Assembly (NCBI GenBank): GCA_002167285.1
Contig: NHDG01000067.1
Coordinates: 22,093 to 86,092, forward strand
Length of the DNA: 64,000 bases
Reading direction: 5' to 3'
Source: Planctomycetia bacterium TMED53
Lineage (GTDB): Bacteria > Planctomycetota > UBA8108 > UBA1146
In this document: positions 18,310-28,463 of the stretch, piece by piece
Layout of the letters: the number at the start of each line of letters is the position of its first letter
Position numbering within the stretch: position 1 is the stretch's first letter
The notes under the pieces: generated by a model
The model's database searches: none
What the model saw: only the letters and a program-made list of their open reading frames with translations
What the model was told of the DNA's origin: nothing
Translations under genes and position numbers: made by a program

Positions 18310-19242
18310 CTAGCTGGGAAAACCATTTCGAAAGGGATCATCTTCTTCGAAGATCAACTCGCCCTTTGAAGATGGCCATGCCCTACCACTGATCGTCGGA
18401 ATGATTCCTTTACTCCCAGATTCCCAAGTAGCCTCAAAGCGGCTACCGAGAAGGCTCTCCTGGGTCCAAACTTCGCCCTCGTTGATTTCGTTTCGTTCGA
18501 CCATGCAAGCCAAAGTTGCACTGGTTCCTGTTCCACATGGGGAACGATCCCACTCCATCCCCGGGCAAAGAGTGAAACTGCGAACTCCCGGTCGATCTCG
18601 TTCAAGGTTCTCATGCAACTCGACGTGGTCGATGCAAGCTCCACCTTCACCACAGATCTCATTCAAGTCGAGAGCTGCTCGGATCTCGGCAGCGTAATCT
18701 TTCAGACTCCCCAGCTCCTGCATCTCCAGAGACAAACCTTTGATTTCCGAGATAAAGAACCAGTTTCCACCCCAGGCGATATCTCCTACCGCTTTTCGAC
18801 CTGAGGAGGTGATCACCTCCACATCTTTGCGATGACAATAGCTCTCAACGTTGACCACGGAGATTCGCCCCCCGTCGTCAATGCGAGCTTCGACAATTCC
18901 TGCGGGAGTTTCGAAGGAGACCTTTTCGGAATTGATCAATCCCTGGTCCTTCAATGCGCGAACAACTCCCATGGTGCCGTGACCGCACATTCCGAGAGGA
19001 CCCACATTGTTAAAAAAGATAACCCCATGATCACAGCTTTGATCTACCGGCTCAAGAAGTAAAGCCGCGACCATCGCCTCGTGCCCTCGGGGCTCGCGAA
19101 CGATCCCCGAGCACAACTCAGAAAAATTCTTCTTCATGAATTCACAGCGTTGACGAATCGATCCCGCTCCCAGGTCAGGAAACCCCGAGGTGATCACACG
19201 GGTCGGCTCACCCTCGGTATGCAGGTCGATATATTGAATCAC
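18310..19242 (-). CDS. Proline racemase-family enzyme (4-hydroxyproline 2-epimerase-like)
   Basis: IDLHTEGEPTRV N-terminus. The two catalytic Cys are in MCGHGTMGV and SPCGTGTSA contexts, diagnostic of the proline racemase / 4-Hyp epimerase family. GTG start. Confidence 0.8.
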   Translation of the reverse strand: MIQYIDLHTEGEPTRVITSGFPDLGAGSIRQRCEFMKKNFSELCSGIVREPRGHEAMVAALLLEPVDQSCDHGVIFFNNVGPLGMCGHGTMGVVRALKDQGLINSEKVSFETPAGIVEARIDDGGRISVVNVESYCHRKDVEVITSSGRKAVGDIAWGGNWFFISEIKGLSLEMQELGSLKDYAAEIRAALDLNEICGEGGACIDHVELHENLERDRPGVRSFTLCPGMEWDRSPCGTGTSATLACMVERNEINEGEVWTQESLLGSRFEATWESGSKGIIPTISGRAWPSSKGELIFEEDDPFRNGFPS

Positions 19243-19314
19243 GTCAACTCCTGCCCCTGCGGAAGGAGAATCGATCCCGACTTCAATTTCTGAAGTCGGG
19301 ATCGACGCCAGTAA

Positions 19315-20538
19315 TCAGGAAGCTTGGCCTCGCTTCGCCTGCAGATTCTCATCCAACTTGGCGAGGAACTCTTCAGTGGTCAGGAAGGGTGTATCCCCTC
19401 CAACCAAAAGTGCCAAATCCTTGGTCATGTGTCCTGCTTCGACGGTCTCGATACAAACCGCCTCAAGATCTTCGGCGAACTGCTTCAAGTCGTCATTGCC
19501 ATCCATGCGCGCCCTGTGGGCAAAGCCACGGGTCCAAGCAAAGATACTGGCGATGGGATTGGTCGAAGTCGGATTTCCCTTTTGGTGCTCACGATAGTGG
19601 CGTGTGACTGTCCCGTGAGCCGCCTCTGCTTCGACGGTATTTCCATCGGGGGTCATCAAAACACTGGTCATCAATCCCAGTGATCCGAATCCTTGCGCCA
19701 CGGTGTCCGACTGAACATCGCCATCGTAATTTTTACAGGCCCAGACAAATCCTCCGGACCACTTCATGGCACAAGCAACCATGTCGTCAATCAAACGGTG
19801 CTCGTATTCGATGCCGGCATCTTCGAATGCAGCTTTAAACTCATTGTCGAAGACTTCCTGGAACAGATCTTTGAAGCGACCGTCGTAGGCTTTGAGAATG
19901 GTGTTTTTGGTCGACAGGTAGACGGGCCACTTGCGCTGCAATCCGTAGTTCATACATGCTCGTGCGAAGCCACGAATCGACTCGTCCAGGTTGTACATCC
20001 CCATGGCGATTCCTGGAGCCTCGAACTGCATCACATCGAAGTTCATCGGATCTCCACCCTCTTCGGGGGTGAAAGTCATCGTCAACTTTCCTGCACCCGG
20101 AACGAGGAAATCAGTGGCTCGGTATTGGTCACCGTGAGCATGGCGACCGATGACGATAGACTGAGTCCAGCCGGGAACGAGGCGGGGAACGTTTTCACAG
20201 ATGATGGGCTCGCGGAATACGGTTCCGCCGAGAATGTTGCGAATCGTTCCATTCGGTGAACGCCACATCTTCTTAAGACCAAATTCATCCACCCGCTCTT
20301 CATCGGGAGTAATGGTGGCGCACTTGACGCCAACTCCGTACTCCTTGATTGCTTCGGCAGCATCGATGGTGATCTGGTCATCAGTTTCATCGCGCTTTTG
20401 AATGCCGAGATCGAAGTACTTCAATTCTACGTCAACGTAAGGAAGGATCAGACGATCCTTGATGAATTGCCAAATGATACGGGTCATCTCATCACCGTCG
20501 AGTTCGACGACGGGGTTATCGACCTTGATCTTTTCCAC
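19315..20538 (-). CDS. icd: NADP-dependent isocitrate dehydrogenase, eukaryote-like (IDH1/2-type) subfamily
   Basis: 407 aa with [19 protein letters not shown] ... [17 protein letters not shown] ... GRHAHGDQY, diagnostic of the dimeric type-II NADP-IDH. GTG start with AAGGAG SD. Confidence 0.9.
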   Translation of the reverse strand: MEKIKVDNPVVELDGDEMTRIIWQFIKDRLILPYVDVELKYFDLGIQKRDETDDQITIDAAEAIKEYGVGVKCATITPDEERVDEFGLKKMWRSPNGTIRNILGGTVFREPIICENVPRLVPGWTQSIVIGRHAHGDQYRATDFLVPGAGKLTMTFTPEEGGDPMNFDVMQFEAPGIAMGMYNLDESIRGFARACMNYGLQRKWPVYLSTKNTILKAYDGRFKDLFQEVFDNEFKAAFEDAGIEYEHRLIDDMVACAMKWSGGFVWACKNYDGDVQSDTVAQGFGSLGLMTSVLMTPDGNTVEAEAAHGTVTRHYREHQKGNPTSTNPIASIFAWTRGFAHRARMDGNDDLKQFAEDLEAVCIETVEAGHMTKDLALLVGGDTPFLTTEEFLAKLDENLQAKRGQAS

Positions 20539-20661
20539 GGATGGACTCCTTGAATTCGTGACCCTGGGGGTCTGGGGATTTCCTGCGCGCTTCGCAGGCT
20601 TCGCAATGGGCGATTTTAGGCCCCTGCAGCGGCTGGGGGAAGCAGACCCGAAGAGGGAATA

Positions 20662-21486
20662 CTACCTTTGGCAACCCCTGCAGAAGAAGATGGATCGCTG
20701 GGATACCACGTCACGGGTGATTTCTCCGCCACAGCGAGAGCACTCCTCCCCCTCTTGCCCATAGACTTCGAAGGTATGCTGGAAGTAACCCGGCTGACCT
20801 TCCGGATCGACAAAATCCCTCAGGGTGGTCCCACCCTTATCGACTGCGATTTGCAATACCCGTTGGATTTCGCCGGCAAGGCTCAGGTAACGATCCTTGG
20901 AGATTCGCCCGCAGGCGCGATCTGGTCGGATCCCCGACCGCCAAGCAGCTTCATTGGCGTATATGTTACCGACTCCGGCGACGACTCGACCGTCCAGAAG
21001 ATAGTCGCGCAGTCTCTTTTTACGTTTTCTCGATTGCTGATAAAGGTGCTCACCGAGATCCTCAGCAGAGATCCCCCCGATCGGTTCGGGGCCGAGATCC
21101 CTTAACAGAGGGTGGGGCTCTCCGGCTGATTCGGCCCAAGTGACGATGCCAAAGCGGCGCGGGTCGTGATATCGAAGTTGGCGATCCCCCTGTAGATTCC
21201 AGATCACATGGTCATGCTTCCGCAACTCTTGGGTCGGATCAGTAATTCGCAAACTTCCAGACATCCCGAGATGGATCAGCAGGGATCCAACGTTCGAATC
21301 CAACAATAAGAACTTCGCTCTGCGCCGAGTCTCCCGCCATTCCGCACCCTCCAAACGTGAGTTCAGATCCTCGGGAATCGGTAATCTCAACCGCGGACGA
21401 CGCACTTCAACCGAGTCGATCCGGAGTCCCCGGATCCGATCAGCGATCCCCCTGCGCGTCGTTTCGACCTCGGGTAACTCAGGCAA
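20662..21486 (-). CDS. mutM: Formamidopyrimidine-DNA glycosylase (Fpg/MutM)
   Basis: Starting at TTG 21486, the product begins (M)PELPEVETTRRG with the catalytic Pro2. A perfect GGAGG lies 5 nt upstream. Fpg H2TH core and a C-terminal CxxC ... CxxC zinc finger (CSRCGG ... CRGCQ) are present. The track ORF extends 108 codons further upstream (to 21810) without homology. Confidence 0.82.
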   Translation of the reverse strand: MPELPEVETTRRGIADRIRGLRIDSVEVRRPRLRLPIPEDLNSRLEGAEWRETRRRAKFLLLDSNVGSLLIHLGMSGSLRITDPTQELRKHDHVIWNLQGDRQLRYHDPRRFGIVTWAESAGEPHPLLRDLGPEPIGGISAEDLGEHLYQQSRKRKKRLRDYLLDGRVVAGVGNIYANEAAWRSGIRPDRACGRISKDRYLSLAGEIQRVLQIAVDKGGTTLRDFVDPEGQPGYFQHTFEVYGQEGEECSRCGGEITRDVVSQRSIFFCRGCQR

Positions 21487-21695
21487 ATTGACCTCCGGCA
21501 GCGATTCTCTAAAATTCTTCGGTGGTTTCCTGCATCCCCGTATAAGGGTAGTATTCGGTGAATTCACGTCGAATTTGGCAATTCTGTCGTAGATCTGCTG
21601 AAAAAGATCCCTTGCAACCACCCCCGAATACAAGTTACCCGTAATTAAACGTCGCCTCGGCGCCGTCGCGAAAAAAGAAGGGATGGCCGGTAAGC

Positions 21696-24353
21696 ATGGG
21701 AAAACGGCTCGTGATCGTCGAATCACCCACCAAAGCCAAAACGATCGAAAAGTACCTCGGTGGCGATTTTGTCGTCGAGGCGAGTGTCGGGCACATCCGT
21801 GATCTTCCATCTAAAGCGAGCCAGGTTCCCGAGGAATACAAGAAGCAGCAGGTGGTCACCGGAATCACCAATGAATTCGAAGCCATCTACATTCTCGACG
21901 ATGACAAGAAATCGACGGTCAGTACCATTCGCAAACAAATGCGTGAAGCGAGCGAACTCTACCTCGCAACTGACGCCGACCGTGAGGGAGAAGCCATCTC
22001 TTGGCACCTCCTTCAAGTCCTGAAACCAAAAAAAGGTCTCCCTGTTCGTCGATTGCGTCTTGGACAGATCACTAAAAGTGCTTTAGAAAAAGCGATCGCC
22101 GAACCAGAGGACCTCGATTCTCTTCTCGTCGAAGCCCAAGAAGCGCGGCGTATGGTCGATCGTCTTTATGGTTACCCAGTATCGAATCTGTTGTGGCGTA
22201 AGGTCGCCCAGGGGTTATCTGCTGGTCGCGTTCAAACCGTTGCCATCCGATTGTTGGTGGAACGTGAAAAAGAACGCCTCGCTTTCGTCCCCGCAGTTTA
22301 CTGGGATATGGACGCCGATTTTGAAACCAGCTCTAAAGAGAAGTTTTCAACAAAGTTACTCACCGTAGGTGGCCAAGCCATCGCCCAGAGCAAAGATTTT
22401 GGTGAGGACGGAAAACTAAAGAGCGAATCGGCAAACTGCCTCGTTCTCGACGAAGCTAAAACGACGGCCCTCAAAGAGCGCCTTGAAAAGGGCACTTTCA
22501 AGATCTCCTCCATTGAGGAAAAACCATACTCGCGCAAACCACCCGTGCCGTTCATCACCAGTGGTATGCAGCAGGAGGCTTCAAATCGCCTTGGTTTCTC
22601 ACCCTCGAGGACGATGCGCGCGGCCAATGCCTTGTTCCAAAAGGGTTTCATCACCTACGTTCGAACCGATAACTACGTTCTCGCCCCTGAAGCGATGCAA
22701 GCGATCGGATCGCTGATCGAAAAGAAATACGGTGCCGATGAGCATGCACCGAAGAACTTTGATCACCTCTCAAAGGATGCAGGCGGTGAACACGAACCAA
22801 TCCGCCCTTCCGATTTTGACGATCCCAAAGAAGTTGCCGCCAAAGTCGGAGACGACGAAGCTCGCCTCTACGATCTGATATGGAAACGTACCGTTGCCAG
22901 TCAGATGAAACCGGCCACCGGAAGAACCGTCATCGTTGAAGTCGAAGAAGAACATGCAGAAGCAGCCCGCTACCAAGCCCGCGGCACGGTGATCGACAAC
23001 AAGGGCTTTATGCTCGCTGACCCTGCCGGAACCAAGGAAACCATCCTTCCCGCAGTGGAAGTTGGAAACAGCGTTTCCTTGGCAGAACTGGATCCTGAAG
23101 AGCATCGCACCCAGGCGATTGGGCGCTACACAGAAGCAGGCCTCATCAAAGAGATGGAAAAACGTGGCATCGGAAGACCGAGTACCTACGCTTCCATCAT
23201 CGATCGAATTCAATCCGCTCAGTATTCTTTCCGTCGCAATAAGGCATTGGTCCCCACCTGGACCGCCTTTGCCGTCGTCCGCCTGATGGAGGAGCATTTC
23301 TCGCAAATCATCGACTACGGTTTCACCAAGCGAATGGAAGATGACCTCGACGGCATCGCCCAAGGCCAACTCAAAACTCAGGAGTACTTGAAGAAGTTTT
23401 GGTCAGGGAATGGTGAGGCCGGCCTCGAAGGCTTGCTCGAAAGCGGTATGGAAGTCATCGACCCAGCCGCGATCTGTCGCTTCCCTATGCCTTATGCCGG
23501 TGGCGATCCGGTTCGCTTCCAAGATGAAGATGTGATCCTTCGAGTGGGTAGATACGGTCCGTATTTGGAAGCGGGAGAAGTTCGCGGAAATATTCCCGAG
23601 GAACTCCCTCCCGACGAATTGGACGCTGCAAAAATCGATGAGATTTTGCAGGCGGGAGCGCGACGGGATGAGCCTTTGGGCCACTGCAGCGCGACTGGAA
23701 AACCGATCTTCCTCAAAAGCGGACGCTTCGGCCCTTACGTACAGCGCGGAGATACGGACAGTGAAGAGAAGCCGGAGTTTGCTTCCCTCTTGCCCAACAT
23801 GGAACCTGAATCGATCACTGCTGAGATCGCCATCCAACTTCTCATCCTCAAAGAGGGACGCCCGGTCGGGACTTCCGCAGAAGGAGATGAAATCCGCGTT
23901 TTCAATGGCCGCTATGGCCTCTACCTGAAAGCGGGCAAGGAAACGCGCAGCCTTGAGGAGGGGGATGACCCCTTCACGGTCAATGAGGAGCGTTGTCGCA
24001 TCTTGTTGTCACAACCGAAACGTCGTGGCCGTGCCGCCGCGAAACCGCCGATCCAGACCTTTGAAAATGTGGTCGAGCTCGAAGGAGCCACCATTCAGAT
24101 CAAAGATGGTCGCTTTGGTCCTTACGCCACCGATGGTGAGACCAACGCCACCCTTGCCAGTGGTATGGACCCTGCAAAGATCAGTTCTTCTGAAGCTGCC
24201 CAACGCATCCTAGAAAAACGCGAACGGGATGCCAAGAAGGGCAAAAAGAAGAAAAAGAAAACGGCTAAGAAGAAAGCTAAAAAGAAGACCACCAAGAAGA
24301 CTGCGAAGAAAGCCGCCAAAAAGAAAACCACTAAAAAAACGACGGAAGATTGA
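21696..24353 (+). CDS. topA: DNA topoisomerase I with C-terminal Topo_C repeats and Lys-rich tail
   Basis: Toprim N-terminus (VIVESPTKAKTI ... GHIRDLP). The type IA core is present. Non-zinc C-terminal repeats (GRYGPYLEAG / GRFGPYVQRG / GRYGLYLKAG / GRFGPYATDG) are followed by a ~45-aa KKxKK tail. Confidence 0.9.
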   Translation: MGKRLVIVESPTKAKTIEKYLGGDFVVEASVGHIRDLPSKASQVPEEYKKQQVVTGITNEFEAIYILDDDKKSTVSTIRKQMREASELYLATDADREGEAISWHLLQVLKPKKGLPVRRLRLGQITKSALEKAIAEPEDLDSLLVEAQEARRMVDRLYGYPVSNLLWRKVAQGLSAGRVQTVAIRLLVEREKERLAFVPAVYWDMDADFETSSKEKFSTKLLTVGGQAIAQSKDFGEDGKLKSESANCLVLDEAKTTALKERLEKGTFKISSIEEKPYSRKPPVPFITSGMQQEASNRLGFSPSRTMRAANALFQKGFITYVRTDNYVLAPEAMQAIGSLIEKKYGADEHAPKNFDHLSKDAGGEHEPIRPSDFDDPKEVAAKVGDDEARLYDLIWKRTVASQMKPATGRTVIVEVEEEHAEAARYQARGTVIDNKGFMLADPAGTKETILPAVEVGNSVSLAELDPEEHRTQAIGRYTEAGLIKEMEKRGIGRPSTYASIIDRIQSAQYSFRRNKALVPTWTAFAVVRLMEEHFSQIIDYGFTKRMEDDLDGIAQGQLKTQEYLKKFWSGNGEAGLEGLLESGMEVIDPAAICRFPMPYAGGDPVRFQDEDVILRVGRYGPYLEAGEVRGNIPEELPPDELDAAKIDEILQAGARRDEPLGHCSATGKPIFLKSGRFGPYVQRGDTDSEEKPEFASLLPNMEPESITAEIAIQLLILKEGRPVGTSAEGDEIRVFNGRYGLYLKAGKETRSLEEGDDPFTVNEERCRILLSQPKRRGRAAAKPPIQTFENVVELEGATIQIKDGRFGPYATDGETNATLASGMDPAKISSSEAAQRILEKRERDAKKGKKKKKKTAKKKAKKKTTKKTAKKAAKKKTTKKTTED

Positions 24354-24356
24354 TCG

Positions 24357-26186
24357 ATGAAATTCAAGATGCTCGCCAACACTGTTTGTTTTGGATTGAG
24401 CCTCTTGCTGAATGGATCTCTCGTCACAGCGGACCAGGATCTGTCAGGCTCATGGAAGGGCGCACTGGGCCCCGTTGAGTTGACTTTCCATTTCGAAAAC
24501 AAGACCGATTCTGGCTGGTCCGGAAGTGTCGACACCCCCCAACAAAACTCCTATGGCTTACCAGCCAATGTGATAGTCAAGCCGGAAGGTACTTTGACTA
24601 TTTCTGTCCCTGCCACATCAGCGACTTGTGACGCACTCCTGGATGTTGATAGCGGAAAAATTCAAGGCACTTGGAATCAAGGTGGCATCAGTATGCCCCT
24701 CAAACTCAACCGCACTGCGCCGCGCACTCGACTTTCAGCCAAATTAGCTGCAGAAGTTGCAGGGCTTTACGAAGGCAAAGCGGTCATCCAGCTAATTCAA
24801 TTACGGATGATTCTGAGTCTTGAAGTCATCGAGGATACAAATGTACGGGGGTACCTGATCAGTACTGATCAGAGCCCCGAGGAGATTCCCTTTGATCGCT
24901 TCGATCAAGTCGCCGAACGCCGTTTGAGATTGTGTGCATCTTCCGTCTTTTTGACCCTGGATCTGATCCTCTCTGAAGATGGAAAAGAATTGTCCGGGAT
25001 CATGCTTCAAGGTCCTGGAAAATATCCCTTTAAGTTAGAGCGCAAAGAAGACGTCGAAAAACCGCAGCGCCCACAAACTCCCCAGCCACCATTTCCGTAT
25101 CAGGAATTCCACTGGGTTGGGAATAAGGACAGTTGGTGCCCTATCGGAGCGACCCTTACCGTACCGAAAGGCGGTGGTCCCTTCCCTGTCGCCATCTTGA
25201 TCTCGGGTTCCGGTACACAAGATCGTGATAGTACCCTCTTTGGGCACCATCCATTTCGAGTGATCGCAGATGATCTGGCTCGTAAGGGAATCGCGAGCAT
25301 TCGGTACGACGATCCAGGAATCAGTGAATCCCCGCCTCTCGAAAACCAGAATCTCGCGACCTCATTCGACTATATGAAGTTGGCACAGACTCTCTATCAG
25401 CTCGCCAGCGAAGCAGAGCAGCACTTTCAAATTAAAGACGAAAATGGCGCCATCGCTGATGGAGTCATCGGTGATTCGATCGGATACCTCGGTCATAGCG
25501 AAGGTGCAGTCATCGCTCAATTGATTGCCGCGCTTGCAGAGGACGAAGATCAACCCAATCCCAGTTTCATCATTAGCCTTGCTGGTCCTGGTGTACGTGG
25601 TGATCAATTACTACTCGATCAAAATAGAGCTCTTTCCAAGGCAGAAGGGCTGGACGATGCAACCCTTGATTCAGCCCTTGAACTCAACAGGAAAATATTT
25701 TCGGCGATTCTTGAAGCTCCTGCAGCATCAGAACAAGAAACAACAAAGGATCCTGTTAGAGCGAGAGTTGAATCTCATGCCACGGCACGAATCAAAGACA
25801 TTATCGCCGCTGATATGAAGATTTCAGAAGAAGACAAAGCTCGAATCTCAGCTCAGGTATCGATCCCATGGATTCGATGGTTTATCCGTTACGATCCGGA
25901 GTGGGCAATCAAAAGGATTCGTACTCCTCACTTATTGATCTTTGGTAAAAAAGATCTGCAAGTACCCTGGGATTCCAATGTCGAAAGAATCCAACAGCTT
26001 CTCAAGAATCCTTCACTCGCTGAGTTTGATCATGAAGTTCGCATTTTTGAAAACCTCAATCACCTGTTTCAAAATTGTGAAACTGGTACCGTCAGCGAAT
26101 ACGCAAAAATTGAAGAAACCATTTCGCAAGAGGTTCTTAACACCATCTCCGAGTGGATCCTTCAACGCTTTGATCGTCAGAACTAA
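24357..26186 (+). CDS. Secreted alpha/beta-hydrolase with N-terminal beta-rich domain of unknown function
   Basis: Signal peptide. The C-terminal half has the nucleophile elbow GHSEG and dienelactone-hydrolase / peptidase-S9-like spacing. It starts 4 nt after the topA stop. Confidence 0.65.
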   Translation: MKFKMLANTVCFGLSLLLNGSLVTADQDLSGSWKGALGPVELTFHFENKTDSGWSGSVDTPQQNSYGLPANVIVKPEGTLTISVPATSATCDALLDVDSGKIQGTWNQGGISMPLKLNRTAPRTRLSAKLAAEVAGLYEGKAVIQLIQLRMILSLEVIEDTNVRGYLISTDQSPEEIPFDRFDQVAERRLRLCASSVFLTLDLILSEDGKELSGIMLQGPGKYPFKLERKEDVEKPQRPQTPQPPFPYQEFHWVGNKDSWCPIGATLTVPKGGGPFPVAILISGSGTQDRDSTLFGHHPFRVIADDLARKGIASIRYDDPGISESPPLENQNLATSFDYMKLAQTLYQLASEAEQHFQIKDENGAIADGVIGDSIGYLGHSEGAVIAQLIAALAEDEDQPNPSFIISLAGPGVRGDQLLLDQNRALSKAEGLDDATLDSALELNRKIFSAILEAPAASEQETTKDPVRARVESHATARIKDIIAADMKISEEDKARISAQVSIPWIRWFIRYDPEWAIKRIRTPHLLIFGKKDLQVPWDSNVERIQQLLKNPSLAEFDHEVRIFENLNHLFQNCETGTVSEYAKIEETISQEVLNTISEWILQRFDRQN

Positions 26187-26414
26187 TTTCCTAATCTCCC
26201 CCCAAAGTACTTGAAATAGCCTACAGCTGCTTTTTCTACACAATTGAGTTTTGGGCAATTCATGCTACAATTCATATATCTGATAGTTGGTCGAAACTAT
26301 CGACCAACCGGCTCTGGGAGAAATCTTGCCGATGAAAATTCGCCGCCAGCCTCAGCGGCTGTTGAGCATGACATCGTGCATGGCGAGATCTCCAAAATCT
26401 CATAAAGGTGGGTC

Positions 26415-28463
26415 ATGCGAGACAACTTCGCAACAGGCCCGGGGCCTATTTGGGGCCCATGGGTCCTGTTCACCCTGGCGCTTTCTTTGTTGCCAATTTG
26501 CATCCCAAGTTGGCTGCCAGCCCAACATCCACCTTTTATCGAAGATTCCAGTGTAAGAGGAATAACTGTTTATACATCCTCGGTGGGCACTTTTGGATCC
26601 GGATTGGCACTCGTAGATTTTGATAGCGATGGGGATCCTGACCTGATCGCGACCGCAGTAGGTTCAGCATTAAAAATCCTGGAAAACGATGGCGCTGGAT
26701 ACTTCATCGATCGAACCCCTCCACCAGGAACTTTCCCAATTGTAAATCCGAGTTGCGTTGCAGCAGGTGATATCGATGGCGATCAGGATCTCGACCTATA
26801 CGTAGGATGTCATAACTCACCAGATGCGATCTTATTGAATCAAGGTGACTTGAATTTTACACCACATACCTGGACCACCCCAACGCCGACACCGCTTGCA
26901 ACGCGAACAACCGGCGTAACCTTTTGCGATCTCAATGGCGATCAATGGCTAGACTTGGTGGTCTCATGTGGATCTGCCGTTGGACAACAATCGTGGAACC
27001 AATTGTATTACAATGACCAAAGCGGTTTCTTTATTCCTGCTCCACAACCTATTTTACAATTAGTAGAACCGACTTTTCAAATCATGCCTCATGACTACGA
27101 CCTCGATGGGGATTTAGATCTCTACATCTCGAATGATCGCGGAATCGCGCTGGGATTTGTGAATCGCTTTCTCATCAATAACGACTCGGTTCTGGGTACC
27201 TACTTTTCAAACATCTCTTCCGTATCAGTCGATTCGATGGGGGTCTGTACAGGTGACATTAATCTGGATGGTCTCCCAGACATCTACGTAACGAATACGA
27301 CTTCCCCCCACCCTCTTTTGATCAACAGGGGCAACTTCGTTTTTGAAGACCTGTCTGTCGAATATGGTGTCAATGAAGGGGGAGTCAGCTGGGGTTGTCT
27401 TTTTATGGATCACGGACTCGACGGAGATTTGGATCTGCTGGTGGCAGATTCAAGCCTACCCGATCGGTTCTTTGAACAAGGACAGACAACTCCCTGGGAG
27501 GACATGGCACCAGAACTGGGGCTCAATGTTCAAAACTTCAGCTCCTGCTGGGTCAAAGGGGACATCGATAACGATGGAGACATCGACTTGATCAATCAGA
27601 GTTCCTTCGATTACCTGAAGGTGTTTCTTCACCCTGACATGCCTGATGCCAACTACTTTAAATTCGAACCTCTCTTCATGTTTCCTAACTACCATGCGAT
27701 TGGCAGCAAAATCGAAGTGTATGGAAATAACATGAAGCCCATCTTTTTTGATCAGAAGACCACCGGTCGGCACTACAAATCGGAATCGGAGTGGATCTTC
27801 CACCATGGAGTTCCAGAGGGTCATCTCATCGAAATGGTACGGGTCATTTACCCAGATGGATCAAAAAGGTCATTTTCATCAGTCCCCATGAATAAAAAGT
27901 GGAAACTCCCCCACCAGCATCTATTAGGGGATGAAGATGACGATCGAAAATTTCCGTTCACAGAGTTTTTTGAATTTTGCACCATGCGTACAACTTCTTC
28001 GAATCCCATCCAAAGCGGATTCGAGTTTTATGACTTCGATGCCAACTTTGTTATCGATTCTTTTGATTTACTGGCGCTCGTAGAAAAAGCCGAATGGCAA
28101 CAATCTGACTGTAATGGCAACGGAGTTATGGACCTTCTAGAAATATTTTTGGGTGACGTAGAAGATTTTGATCAAAATGGGGTCCCAGATAGCTGCAATC
28201 CCAACTTTATCAGGGGAGATTTGAATCTGGATCTCATCGCTGATGTCGCTGACGGTATTCTGTTATTGGAATTCCTGTTCCTCGATTCCCCAATTTCTTG
28301 TCTATCTGCCGCAGACCTGACAACTGACGATCAGCTCGATGTGGCTGATTTCGCTTATTTAGCCACATTTCTTTTCTCCGCTGGTAGTCCACCTCCCATG
28401 CCATTTCCAATCTGTGGGTCCGACTTCTCCATACTCAGCTGTGAGTCTCCTCCCTGCCCCTGA
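26415..28463 (+). CDS. Secreted FG-GAP/VCBS-repeat beta-propeller protein with C-terminal dockerin-like module
   Basis: Signal peptide. There are seven Dx[DN]xDGxxD calcium-binding FG-GAP-type repeats (DFDSDGDPDL, GDIDGDQDLDL, CDLNGDQWLDL, HDYDLDGDLDL, GDINLDGLPDI, MDHGLDGDLDL, GDIDNDGDIDL). The C-terminal tandem dockerin-like EF-hand pair ends in PPPMPFPICG. Confidence 0.7.
   Translation: MRDNFATGPGPIWGPWVLFTLALSLLPICIPSWLPAQHPPFIEDSSVRGITVYTSSVGTFGSGLALVDFDSDGDPDLIATAVGSALKILENDGAGYFIDRTPPPGTFPIVNPSCVAAGDIDGDQDLDLYVGCHNSPDAILLNQGDLNFTPHTWTTPTPTPLATRTTGVTFCDLNGDQWLDLVVSCGSAVGQQSWNQLYYNDQSGFFIPAPQPILQLVEPTFQIMPHDYDLDGDLDLYISNDRGIALGFVNRFLINNDSVLGTYFSNISSVSVDSMGVCTGDINLDGLPDIYVTNTTSPHPLLINRGNFVFEDLSVEYGVNEGGVSWGCLFMDHGLDGDLDLLVADSSLPDRFFEQGQTTPWEDMAPELGLNVQNFSSCWVKGDIDNDGDIDLINQSSFDYLKVFLHPDMPDANYFKFEPLFMFPNYHAIGSKIEVYGNNMKPIFFDQKTTGRHYKSESEWIFHHGVPEGHLIEMVRVIYPDGSKRSFSSVPMNKKWKLPHQHLLGDEDDDRKFPFTEFFEFCTMRTTSSNPIQSGFEFYDFDANFVIDSFDLLALVEKAEWQQSDCNGNGVMDLLEIFLGDVEDFDQNGVPDSCNPNFIRGDLNLDLIADVADGILLLEFLFLDSPISCLSAADLTTDDQLDVADFAYLATFLFSAGSPPPMPFPICGSDFSILSCESPPCP

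Noticed and set aside
21487-21810. N-terminal 108 residues of the track mutM ORF
   Set aside because: Fpg chemistry needs Pro2. A TTG with perfect SD is at 21486. The upstream part has no homology.
22770-23837. Two minus-strand ORFs (199 and 144 aa) inside topA
   Set aside because: They are antisense shadows of topA, with no motifs.
24225-24345. AAG/AAA-rich simple-sequence repeat as independent element
   Set aside because: It is in frame and encodes the Lys-rich C-terminal tail of topA.
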